Positions 28,459 through 36,377 of a stretch of 64,000 nt of DNA are shown piece by piece; the first letter of the stretch is position 1, and each line of letters starts with the position of its first letter. Under the pieces are notes generated by a model. It did not search any database. It was given only the letters and a program-made list of their open reading frames with translations, and was not told the origin of the DNA. Both the position numbers and the translations under genes were made by a program. Origin of the DNA: Candidatus Rokuibacteriota bacterium (GTDB lineage Bacteria; Methylomirabilota; Methylomirabilia; Rokubacteriales; CSP1-6); NCBI GenBank assembly GCA_016200085.1, contig JACQFL010000003.1, forward strand, positions 25,505 to 89,504, in the 5' to 3' direction.

Positions 28459-29067
28459 ATGACGCCGACGATCGTCTACCTGCTCCGGCACGGGGAGGTG
28501 GCGCTGGCCGAGACGCGGCGCTTCATCGGCCACCTCGACGTTCCGCTCTCCCCGCGCGGCGAGCGCCAGGCGCGGGCGCAGGCCGAGCGTCTGCGGGCGC
28601 GCGAGATCCACGGGCTCTTCAGCAGCGACCTCGGGCGCGCGGTCCGGACGGGCGAGATCGTCGGCGCGCCCCACGGGCTCGCGCCCGTCCCCGTGCCCGC
28701 TCTGCGCGAGATGGCGATGGGGCGCTGGGACGGACTGACGGCGATGGAGATCCGGCAGCGCGAGCCCGAGGCGTTCGCGGCGTGGATGGGCGACGTGGGG
28801 CGGTTCCAGTTTCCCGACGGCGAGAGCGTGCCCGACCTGCTCGCGCGCGCGTGGCCGGCGTTCCTCGCGCTCGTCGAGGCGCACGCCGGACGGGCCCTCG
28901 CGATCGTCGCCCACGGCGGTACCAACCGGGCGGTGCTCTGCCACGCCCTCGGCCTGCCGCTCGGACGCCTGCTGGCCCTGGGCCAGGATTACGGCGCCCT
29001 GACCGTCCTCGAGCGGCGCGCGGATCGCTGGCTGCTCCGCCAGCTCAACGAATCCCCGCTGCTATAA
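28459..29067 (+). CDS. cobC: Histidine phosphatase family protein (alpha-ribazole phosphatase-like)
   Basis: The RHG motif (LLRHGEV), ...SDLGRAVRTGE... and ...VAHGGTNR... are present. It lies directly downstream of cobS. Confidence 0.75.
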   Translation: MTPTIVYLLRHGEVALAETRRFIGHLDVPLSPRGERQARAQAERLRAREIHGLFSSDLGRAVRTGEIVGAPHGLAPVPVPALREMAMGRWDGLTAMEIRQREPEAFAAWMGDVGRFQFPDGESVPDLLARAWPAFLALVEAHAGRALAIVAHGGTNRAVLCHALGLPLGRLLALGQDYGALTVLERRADRWLLRQLNESPLL

Positions 29068-29079
29068 ACCGCGGCGTTG

Positions 29080-29357
29080 CAGTGTGAGGTGAGCCGCCGC
29101 CGCGGCGGCGAGCCGAACGGGGTGCGAGGTGGGCGCGCGGCGCGCGCCCGACCGAGCGGTGAAATTCCGGATCAGTGTGAGGGGAGCCGCCGCCGCGGCG
29201 GCGAGCCGAACGGGTTTGCGAGGTGGCGTGCGACGCACGCCCGCCGAGCGGTGAAATTCGGGATCAGTGTGAGGGGAGCCGCCGCCGCGGCGGCGAGCCG
29301 AACGGGGTGCGAGGTGGGCGCGCGGCGCGCGCCCGACCGAGCGGTGAAATTCCGAAT
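29080..29357 (+). repeat. Three tandem ~92-93-nt structured repeats (family B)
   Basis: The units start at 29080, 29173 and 29265. Each reads CAGTGTGAGG(T/G)GAGC-[palindrome CGCCGCCGCGGCGGCG]-GAGCCGAACGG..TGCGAGGTGG-[GC hairpin]-CCGAGCGGTGAAATTC. The array begins 13 nt after the cobC stop. Confidence 0.9.
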
Positions 29358-29421
29358 CGGCACAATCAGTCGGCAAGCGGAGCCCCCTCCGGATCCCCGG
29401 GCCGGCCGCGGATGCCGCGGA

Positions 29422-29976
29422 CTACTCGGTGATGATGCGGGCGAAGAGGCGGTGCGGCCAGGGCGCGAAGTTGGCGCCGACGTACACCTCGCGCATGTAC
29501 ATCAGCACGCCCGCATACCGCATGAAGCGCTCGGAGAGTGCCCGGAATACGAGCGCGTCCTCGCTGCCCGCCGCGCGATGGTGCTCGGCCACCACGCGGT
29601 AGGCGCGGCGGCCCACCCGCGTGTAGTGCCGGCTGGCCGCCATGTCCCGGACCCGTTCCCAGAAGAAGCCGGACATGAACAGGGTGTAGTCGCCCAGCTG
29701 GCGGCTGATCTCGATCTCGCGCGCGGGGTCGAACAGCGGCCCGTCGAGGGCCCAGACGCGCTGGATCTCGGCCAGCCGGTCCGCGACGCTGACGAGGGGG
29801 GCGCCATCGGCCCCGGGCGGGGTCACGTGGTCGGCCTCGGCGAAACGGACGAGGAGGTCGGTCAGGTACGGGGTCGCGATCTCGGTCTCCCCGCCGAGCC
29901 CGAGATCCTCGAAGCTGTGCTGGACGCAGAGGCGGAAGTAGTCCCTCATCGAGACGACCTGGACGAGCGATTCCAT
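29422..29976 (-). CDS. Hypothetical protein (184 aa)
   Basis: The tail of ORF 29422..31437 reads MESLVQVVSMRDYFRLCVQHSFEDLGLGGETEIATPYLTDLLVRF...GDYTLFMSGFFWERV...MYMREVYVGANFAPWPHRLFARIITE. The composition looks like real coding sequence, unlike the shadow frames. I recognise no family. Confidence 0.5.
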   Translation of the reverse strand: MESLVQVVSMRDYFRLCVQHSFEDLGLGGETEIATPYLTDLLVRFAEADHVTPPGADGAPLVSVADRLAEIQRVWALDGPLFDPAREIEISRQLGDYTLFMSGFFWERVRDMAASRHYTRVGRRAYRVVAEHHRAAGSEDALVFRALSERFMRYAGVLMYMREVYVGANFAPWPHRLFARIITE

Positions 29977-30111
29977 GCCGGCGACATCCCCCTTTCCGGT
30001 GTTATCGGTCGCTGCCCGCCCGTCCTTGACAGTCTTGCGCAGGGGGTGGTACCTAGGCTCACCCGCTGGCCCGCATGTCGTGCCGTCATCGGCAAAAACT
30101 GGGGAGGTCCC

Positions 30112-31650
30112 ATGAAGCGTCTTGCCCTGGTCCTGGTCGCCCTTGCCGCCGTCAGCGCCGTCCCGGCCGCCGCCCAGGACCAGCGTCCGGGCGGGGTCTT
30201 CAAGGCGGCGATGATCGGAGAGCCCCCATCGCTCGACTTGCACTGGACGACGGCCACCATCACCCAGCAGATCACCTGGCACGTCTACGAGACGCTCTAC
30301 ACGTTCGACAGGAACTTCAACCCGATGCCCTTGCTCGCCGAGGGCCAGACCGTCGCCGACGGCGGCCGGCGCTACACGATCCGGCTCCGGCACGGCGTCA
30401 AGTTCCACAACGGCAAGGAGATGACCTCGGCCGACGTGGTCGCCTCGCTCACCCGCTGGGGCCGGATCTCGACCTCGGGCAAGCCGCTCTGGAAGAACGT
30501 CGAGGCCGTCGAGGCCAAGGACCCGTACACGGTGATGATCCACCTCAAGGAGTCGTCCGGGGTGCTCCTGGTGGGGCTGGCCCGGCCAAACAACGGAGCC
30601 GTCATCTACCCCAGGGAGATCGCGGAGGCGGCCGGCGACAACCAGACCAAGGACGTCATCGGCACGGGCCCGTACCGGTTCGTGGAGCACAAGCCTGACC
30701 GCCACATCAAGCTCGCCCGCTTCAAGGACTACGCAGGGCGGAGCGAGGCGCCGGACGGTTACGCGGGCAAGCGCACGGCCCTCCTGGACGAGATCCTCTT
30801 CATCCCCGTGCCCGACGTCGCCGTCCGCATCGCCGGTGTCGAGACCGGCGAATACCACTTCGCCCAGCAGATCAAGCAGGACCAGTACGATCGCATCAAG
30901 GCGCTGCCCGGCGTCGTGCCCAGCATCATCAAGCCTTCCGGCTGGAGCACCGCGGTGTTCAACCACAAGCAGGGGCTGATGACCGACAAGCGGTTGCGCC
31001 TGGCCTTCCAGGCCGCGCTCGACATGGAGCCGATCATGGCCGCCGGCTTCGGCAACCGGGATTTCTACCGCCTGGATCCCGGGTTGCTCTACCAGGAACA
31101 GACCGCCTGGTACACGAAGGCCGGCGGCGAGCTCTACAACCAGAAGAACCGGGCCAAGGCCGCCGCGCTCCTCAAGGAGGCGGGCTACGCGGGCCAGCCC
31201 GTGCGCTGGGTGACGACCAAGGAATACGAGTGGATGTACAAGAACGCGCTGGTGGCCAAGCAACAGCTCGAGGAGGCCGGCTTCAAGATCGACCTGCAGG
31301 TGGTCGACTGGGCGACGCTGGTCCAGCGGCGCAACAAGCCCGAGCTCTTCGACGTCTTCTCGACGGGCTTCGGGTTCGTGTCGGATCCCGCCTTCATGAC
31401 GTCGGCCCAGTGCAACTGGCCCGGCTGGTGGTGCCACGAGGAGAAGGACCGGCTGATCGACGGGCTCATCAAGGAGAGCGATCCGAAGAAGCGCCGGGCG
31501 ATGTTCGAGCGGATCCAGGTCCTGTTCTACGAGGACGCCGGACGCATCAAGTTCGGCGACTCCTTCACGCTCGATATCCTCCGCAAGGAGGTGCGGGGCT
31601 TCAAGACGACGCCCGAGACGTTCTTCTGGAACGTGTCGCTCTCGAAGTAG
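30112..31650 (+). CDS. ABC transporter substrate-binding protein, family 5 (peptide/nickel/opine type)
   Basis: MKRLALVLVALAAVSAVPAAAQ is a signal peptide, and the family-5 SBP core follows (...YTIRLRHGVKFHNGKEMTSADVVASL...GTGPYRFVEH...). GGGGAGG lies upstream of the ATG. Confidence 0.85.
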   Translation: MKRLALVLVALAAVSAVPAAAQDQRPGGVFKAAMIGEPPSLDLHWTTATITQQITWHVYETLYTFDRNFNPMPLLAEGQTVADGGRRYTIRLRHGVKFHNGKEMTSADVVASLTRWGRISTSGKPLWKNVEAVEAKDPYTVMIHLKESSGVLLVGLARPNNGAVIYPREIAEAAGDNQTKDVIGTGPYRFVEHKPDRHIKLARFKDYAGRSEAPDGYAGKRTALLDEILFIPVPDVAVRIAGVETGEYHFAQQIKQDQYDRIKALPGVVPSIIKPSGWSTAVFNHKQGLMTDKRLRLAFQAALDMEPIMAAGFGNRDFYRLDPGLLYQEQTAWYTKAGGELYNQKNRAKAAALLKEAGYAGQPVRWVTTKEYEWMYKNALVAKQQLEEAGFKIDLQVVDWATLVQRRNKPELFDVFSTGFGFVSDPAFMTSAQCNWPGWWCHEEKDRLIDGLIKESDPKKRRAMFERIQVLFYEDAGRIKFGDSFTLDILRKEVRGFKTTPETFFWNVSLSK

Positions 31651-31672
31651 GCCGGGCCGCCGGGGCGCCGCG

Positions 31673-32617
31673 ATGAAGACCTATCTCGCCCGGCGCCTGC
31701 TGGCTCTCGTGCCGGTGGCCCTGGTGGTCGCCACCGTCGGCTTCACGCTCATCCACCTCGCGCCTGGCGATCCCGCGAGCCTGATCGCCGGTCCCGACGC
31801 GACCCACGACGACATCCGTGTGCTCCAGCACCAGCTCGGGCTGGACGCGCCCCTGCACGTGCAGCTGCTCCACTGGTACGGACGGCTGCTGCGCGGCGAT
31901 CTCGGCGAGTCCATCTTCCTGCGCAAGCCCGTGCTCGACGCGATCCTCGACCGGGTGGAGCCTACCCTGCTGCTCACGCTCTTCGCCATGGCCATCGCGA
32001 TCCTCATCGGCGTGCCCACCGGCGTGGTCTCCGCGCGCTACCACAACGCGCCCGCGGATCAGGCGCTGATGAGCCTGGCTCTGGTCGGCATCTCGGTCCC
32101 GAACTTCCTGCTCGGGCTCCTGCTCATCCTGGGCTTCGCGGTGGGGCTCGGCTGGTTCCCGGTGGCGGGCTACTCGCCGCTCGAGTACGGCTGGGCGAGG
32201 ACGCTGCGCTCGCTCGTGCTGCCGGCCTTCGCGCTGGGCTTCGTGCAGTCCGCGCTCATCGCCCGCATCACGCGCTCCAGCATGCTCGACGTGCTCCGAG
32301 AGCAGTTCATCGTGGCCGGCCGGGCCAAGGGGCTGGGCGAACGCGCCGTCGTCTACAAGCACGCGCTCAAGAACGCGCTGATCCCCACCATGACGGTGGT
32401 GGGGGTGAGCTTCGCCATCCTCATCGGCGGCGCCGTGGTGATCGAGCAGGTCTTCAACATCCCCGGGCTCGGCCGGCTCATCATCTCGGCGGTCCTGCGG
32501 CGCGACTACCCGGTGATCCAGGGCGTGGTCCTCTGCATCGCGGGCGTCTACATGCTCATCAACCTCGCCGTGGACCTCGCGTACATGCTGGTGGACCCGC
32601 GGGTGAGGTACCAGTGA
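31673..32617 (+). CDS. ABC transporter permease (DppB/OppB-like)
   Basis: 314 aa with 6 TM segments and the EAA-like loop ...ARAKGL.ERAVVYKHALKNALIP... Confidence 0.85.
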   Translation: MKTYLARRLLALVPVALVVATVGFTLIHLAPGDPASLIAGPDATHDDIRVLQHQLGLDAPLHVQLLHWYGRLLRGDLGESIFLRKPVLDAILDRVEPTLLLTLFAMAIAILIGVPTGVVSARYHNAPADQALMSLALVGISVPNFLLGLLLILGFAVGLGWFPVAGYSPLEYGWARTLRSLVLPAFALGFVQSALIARITRSSMLDVLREQFIVAGRAKGLGERAVVYKHALKNALIPTMTVVGVSFAILIGGAVVIEQVFNIPGLGRLIISAVLRRDYPVIQGVVLCIAGVYMLINLAVDLAYMLVDPRVRYQ

Positions 32618-33552
32618 GCGCGCCGAGCGACCCGAGCGGGCTGGGCCCCGCCAGTCGCGCAGGCGTGCGGAGTCCAATGCCCGTGGTGACGCTGCCCCGG
32701 ACGGCGCCCGCGCGCCCCGGGGTGCCGCGCTGGCTGCGCCTGGTCGCGCGCCGGCGGGTGACCGTGCTCGGCGCCGCGCTGCTCGCGCTCACCTTCGCCG
32801 TCGGCGCGCTCGCCCCCGTGCTGGGCGGCGATCCGCTCCGGATGGACGTCTCGGCGCGACTGGCCTCGCCCGGCCGCGCGCACTGGTTCGGCACCGACGA
32901 CGTCGGGCGCGACGTCTGGAGTCGCGTCCTTTACGGCGCCCGCCTCTCGCTGATCGTCGGCGGCGCCGTCGTCGTCGTCAGCTCGCTGGCCGGCACGCTG
33001 TGCGGGCTCCTGGCCGGCTACTACCGGGGGCTCGACAATCCGGTGATGCGGCTCATGGACGGGCTCATGGCCTTTCCCGCCATCGTGCTGGCCATCGCGC
33101 TCATGGCCTCGCTGGGGCCCAGCGTGATCAACGTGATCGCCGCGCTCGCCGTCGTCTACGCGCCGCGCACGGCGCGGATCGTGCGCGGCTCGGTGCTGGT
33201 CGTGCGCGAGACGTCCTTCGTCGAGGCGGCGCGGGCCCTCGGGGTGGGTGACGGCGCGCTGCTCCTGCGGCACGTCCTGCCCAATTGCCTCTCGCCGTTG
33301 ATCGTGCAGGGGAGCTTCGTTTTCGCGGCCGCCGTGCTGAGCGAGGCGGCGCTGTCGTTCCTCGGCGTCGGCGTGCCGCCCTACGTGCCCAGCTGGGGCA
33401 ACATCCTCGCCGAGGGCCGGCTGTATCTCCAGCAGGCGCCCTGGCTCGTGATCTACCCCGGCGCGGCCATCATGCTGACGATCTTCGGGCTCAACCTCCT
33501 GGGCGACGGCGTGCGCGATCTGCTCGATCCCAAGGTGCGTGGATTGATCTGA
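32614..33552 (+). CDS. ABC transporter permease (DppC/OppC-like)
   Basis: 312 aa with ...HWFGTDDVGRDVWSRVLYGAR... and ...EAARALGVGDGALLLRHVLPN... It overlaps the upstream permease gene by 4 nt. Confidence 0.85.
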   Translation: MSAPSDPSGLGPASRAGVRSPMPVVTLPRTAPARPGVPRWLRLVARRRVTVLGAALLALTFAVGALAPVLGGDPLRMDVSARLASPGRAHWFGTDDVGRDVWSRVLYGARLSLIVGGAVVVVSSLAGTLCGLLAGYYRGLDNPVMRLMDGLMAFPAIVLAIALMASLGPSVINVIAALAVVYAPRTARIVRGSVLVVRETSFVEAARALGVGDGALLLRHVLPNCLSPLIVQGSFVFAAAVLSEAALSFLGVGVPPYVPSWGNILAEGRLYLQQAPWLVIYPGAAIMLTIFGLNLLGDGVRDLLDPKVRGLI

Positions 33553-33577
33553 CTGGGGGCCCCGACATGGCCCCCAG
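33553..33577 (+). terminator. GC-rich hairpin immediately after the permease stop
   Basis: CTGGGGGCC-CCGACAT-GGCCCCCAG forms a 9-bp stem and is followed by ACCCCC. There is no U-tract. Confidence 0.4.
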
Positions 33578-33664
33578 ACCCCCAACGCTCGGCAGCGCCC
33601 CCGGGAACCCGGGGCGCGCCTCGACCCCGCTACTCCGAGCGCATCACAGCCCTCTCGGTGCGCG

Positions 33665-34345
33665 TCAGGGTCGGAAGCGGATCGTGCCGACGAACGCCTC
33701 GGACTGAGACTTCGTGTCGTTCGAGTCGATGCCGATGGAGATGGCGTCCGGATCGTCGGCATCCCGCTCCTCGAAGATCTTCTTGAAGTCGTCGGCGACG
33801 TTGCGGTGCTCGGTGAGCCACTTGCCGAGGTCCGCCGGGCCCGAGCGGACCACGATGTACGTCACCGTCGAGGTCTTCTCGCTCTTGCAGATCGTCCCGA
33901 CCGGCGCCGTGGTGTCCCAGATGTAGCCGATGACCCGCGAGCGCACCAGCTCCGGGAAGCGCCGCCACGTCACGTAGATCTGGCCCGCCTCGTCATCGGT
34001 CGCGCTCTTGCACGCGTTCGCGCCCGTCGGCAAGGTGACGACCTTCCAGCTCCACTCGATGATGGGCGTCTGCTTGAGCTTGACCTTGCCCTTGATGTCC
34101 TTGCTGATCGTCGAGCCGTCGCCCGCGCTCTTCGCGTGCAGGACGTGGTGCGGGTCATCGACGAGCACCGTGAAGTCGTTCGCCGGGCTGCCCCAGTTCT
34201 GCCCCTTCCATCCCGGCGGCACGCCCTTGGTCCCGGCGGGGATGCTCGCCCAGTCCTCGACGACGAACGCGGTCTGTCCCCACGCGACGGCGGCGAGCCC
34301 GAGCACGGCGAGGGTCAACGCGAGGCGGAACGCACCGTTGGTCAT
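33665..34345 (-). CDS. DUF3047 domain-containing secreted protein
   Basis: MTNGAFRLALTLAVLGLAAVAWGQ is a signal peptide, and ...PIIEWSWKVVTLPTGANACKSATDDEAGQIYVTW... matches my recollection of DUF3047. The ORF track start is 34393; I prefer Met17. Confidence 0.6.
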   Translation of the reverse strand: MTNGAFRLALTLAVLGLAAVAWGQTAFVVEDWASIPAGTKGVPPGWKGQNWGSPANDFTVLVDDPHHVLHAKSAGDGSTISKDIKGKVKLKQTPIIEWSWKVVTLPTGANACKSATDDEAGQIYVTWRRFPELVRSRVIGYIWDTTAPVGTICKSEKTSTVTYIVVRSGPADLGKWLTEHRNVADDFKKIFEERDADDPDAISIGIDSNDTKSQSEAFVGTIRFRP

Positions 34346-34442
34346 CGAGCCCCCTGTCGCGAGTGGGACGGCGTGGCGCCGCGCCCGATTCACCGGCGCG
34401 CCGGCGTCAGGATCGTGCTGGGGCCTATGATACCGTCACGCC

Positions 34443-34823
34443 ATGGACGCCGCGGCGGCTTCCGTGCGCGTCGATCGCTGGCTCTGGGCCGCCCGCTTCT
34501 TCAAGACCCGCAGCCTCGCGGCCGCCGCGTGCGGCGGCGGCAAGGTGGACGTCAACGGCGAGGCGGCCAAGCCCGCCAGGCCGCTGCGCGCCGGCGATCG
34601 CGTGGAGGTCACGGTGCCCCGCGGCAAGCGCATCGCGCGCGTGCTCGCGCTCTCCGAGCGCCGCGGCCCGCCCGCCGAAGCGCGCTCCCTCTACGAGGAC
34701 CTCACCCCGCCCGCGCCCCCGCGGCCGATGCGTCCGGCGCCCGTGCTGCGCGAGCCCGGCCTCGGCCGCCCCACGAAGCGCGAGCGCCGCGTCCTCGATC
34801 GGCTTCGTGGCAGTGCGAGCTGA
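34443..34823 (+). CDS. hslR: Ribosome-associated heat-shock protein Hsp15 (S4 RNA-binding domain)
   Basis: VRVDRWLWAARFFKTRSLAAAACGGGKVDVNGEAAKPARPLRAGDRVEV matches the S4/Hsp15 pattern. Confidence 0.8.
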   Translation: MDAAAASVRVDRWLWAARFFKTRSLAAAACGGGKVDVNGEAAKPARPLRAGDRVEVTVPRGKRIARVLALSERRGPPAEARSLYEDLTPPAPPRPMRPAPVLREPGLGRPTKRERRVLDRLRGSAS

Positions 34824-34913
34824 GCCCCGGCCGCCGGGGCGAGGCGAGCGGTGAAATGGGTCGAAGGTGGCAGTGCGAGCTGAGCCCCGGCCGCCGGGGC
34901 GAGGCGAGCGGTC
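34808..34913 (+). repeat. Two direct copies of a 46-nt unit (family B variant), 60-nt period
   Basis: GTGGCAGTGCGAGCTGAGCCCCGGCCGCCGGGGCGAGGCGAGCGGT occurs at 34808-34853 and 34868-34913. The first copy supplies the last codons and the stop of hslR. It contains the hairpin CCCCGGCCGCCGGGG. Confidence 0.85.
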
Positions 34914-35045
34914 TCACGAGAACTTCCCGCTCTCGCCCTGCTTGAGTTTCGTCGGCGCCGGGGATTGGCGCAGCGCGCAAACGCGACCATTATATAGGCG
35001 GCCACCGGACCAGCCGGGCCGACGGACACCCCATGGGAGGAGCCA

Positions 35046-35828
35046 GTGAGCACCGAGCGCTACGACTGGGACCTGATCGTCAACGGGCTCAACCAGTATC
35101 TGAGGCTGCGGTCCATCCCCATCGGCATGAAGCTCTTCGAGACGGTCGAGGAGATGGAAGCCATCCCCAAGATAAGGCGGCCGCGCGCCAAGCACACGAC
35201 CGACCAGATCGTCGCCCAGGCGCGGCAGCTCGGGTGGACCGTGGGCATCACCATGGCCGATCTGGTGGGCCAGCAGTGCGGCGCGGTCATCGGGCTGGCG
35301 CCGCAGGACGAGGAGTGGCTCTCGGGCCAGCGCATGGCCGGGGTGTGGTTCAAGACCCAGGAGGACGCGAGCCTGCACCAGCACGCGATGGACGTGGTGC
35401 CGTACGGACGGTACCGGGCGATGGCCGTCGCGCCGCTCACCTCGGGCCGTCTCGACCCGCCGGACATCTGCCTGATCTACGGCACGCCCGGCCAGATGAT
35501 CTTCTTCATCAACGGCCTGCAGTGGAGCGGGTACAAGAAGATGTCCTTCACGTCGGTCGGGGAGTCCGCCTGCGCCGACTCGTGGGGCAAGGCGCTGAAG
35601 ACCGGCGAGCCCGCCCTGACCATCCCGTGCTTCGCCGAGCGCCGCTACGGCGGCGTCGCCGACGACGAGCTCCTGATGGCGATCCCCCCGCGCTACCTCC
35701 CCAAGGTCATCGAGGGCCTCGCGCGCTTGTCGAAGAACGGCCTGCGCTATCCGATTCCCCCCTACGGCATCCAGTCCGACGCCGGCGCCGGCCTCGCCGT
35801 CAGCTACGCGGACAAGCGCACGACGTAG
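35046..35828 (+). CDS. DUF169 domain-containing protein
   Basis: The 260-aa protein (GTG start) reads MSTERYDWDLIVNGLNQYLRLRSIPIGMKLFE...ICLIYGTPGQMIFFINGLQW...SACADSWG.., consistent with the DUF169/COG2043 pattern. GGGAGGAG lies upstream. Confidence 0.65.
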   Translation: MSTERYDWDLIVNGLNQYLRLRSIPIGMKLFETVEEMEAIPKIRRPRAKHTTDQIVAQARQLGWTVGITMADLVGQQCGAVIGLAPQDEEWLSGQRMAGVWFKTQEDASLHQHAMDVVPYGRYRAMAVAPLTSGRLDPPDICLIYGTPGQMIFFINGLQWSGYKKMSFTSVGESACADSWGKALKTGEPALTIPCFAERRYGGVADDELLMAIPPRYLPKVIEGLARLSKNGLRYPIPPYGIQSDAGAGLAVSYADKRTT

Positions 35829-35833
35829 CGCGC

Positions 35834-35980
35834 GCGGGGCGGGGGTGGGGACGGGGGGGCGGAAGCCGGACCGCGTAGGCTCTCCATACGCTGCGTGCTC
35901 GCGTTCGCTCGCTGATGCGCGTGCCGCCGATCGGGCGTACCCAACGGCTTCCGCCCCCCCGGTCCCCACCCCCGCCCCGC
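35834..35980 (+). repeat. Family A long-hairpin element, copy A1
   Basis: The 35/36-nt arms are GCGGGGCGGGGGTGGGGACGGGGGGGCGGAAGCCG ... CGGCTTCCGCCCCCCCGGTCCCCACCCCCGCCCCGC. They flank the conserved core ..GTAGGCTCTCCATAC..GTGCTCGCGTTCGCTCGC..GTACCCAACGG. Confidence 0.9.
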
Positions 35981-36228
35981 GCGCTCCCGCGTGGTGCCCG
36001 GGCCACAACCGCCGGCGGCGGACAGCGTGGTCGAGCCAGCTGAGCGGGCCATGGAACGCGTGTGGTCGCACAACATCGAAGCACGAAGCAGGCGCGCGGT
36101 CGCGCGGCAGCCATGGTCGGCCGGCTCGGCCCGCTCGCCGAGCCACACCGAAAAATGTAGGAGGGAAGGGGCAGGGCCGCGCGCTGTCCCGGTGGCCACG
36201 CACCACGCGATGCCCGGGAATGCCGACG

Positions 36229-36377
36229 CCGGCGCATGGGCGCGGGGTGGGGCCGGCTCAGCGAGCCGTGTAGTACGTGTAGATTCGCCGCAGCGGGTGA
36301 CGAAGCAAGCGCGCGTCGCGAATTACCCACAGTCAGTCGGCTCGTCGAGCCGGCCCCACCCCGCGCCCATGCGCCGG
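36229..36377 (+). repeat. 149-nt element with 31-nt perfect terminal inverted repeats
   Basis: CCGGCGCATGGGCGCGGGGTGGGGCCGGCTC ... GAGCCGGCCCCACCCCGCGCCCATGCGCCGG. The arms resemble family A, but the core differs. Confidence 0.85.

Noticed and set aside
23998-28944. A 1648-aa minus-strand ORF, the longest in the track, which spans several genes.
   Set aside because: Its translation is Arg/Gly/Pro/His-rich low-complexity sequence with no recognisable domains. It runs antisense or out of frame across well-supported genes (sigma factor, carboxyltransferase, pckG frame neighbours, cobS, cobC). This is the typical stop-codon-poor shadow frame of very GC-rich DNA.
29080-29357. The tandem 92-nt repeats considered as a possible CRISPR array.
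   Set aside because: The units abut one another with no unique spacers. The unit length is far above the CRISPR repeat size. No cas genes are present in the window.
35834-36377. The inverted-repeat elements considered as IS elements or transposons.
   Set aside because: The elements are only about 150 nt long and carry no transposase ORF. The short ORFs crossing them (for example …[12 protein letters not shown]…) differ between copies and look non-coding. At most they are non-autonomous (MITE/REP-like), so I report them as repeats.
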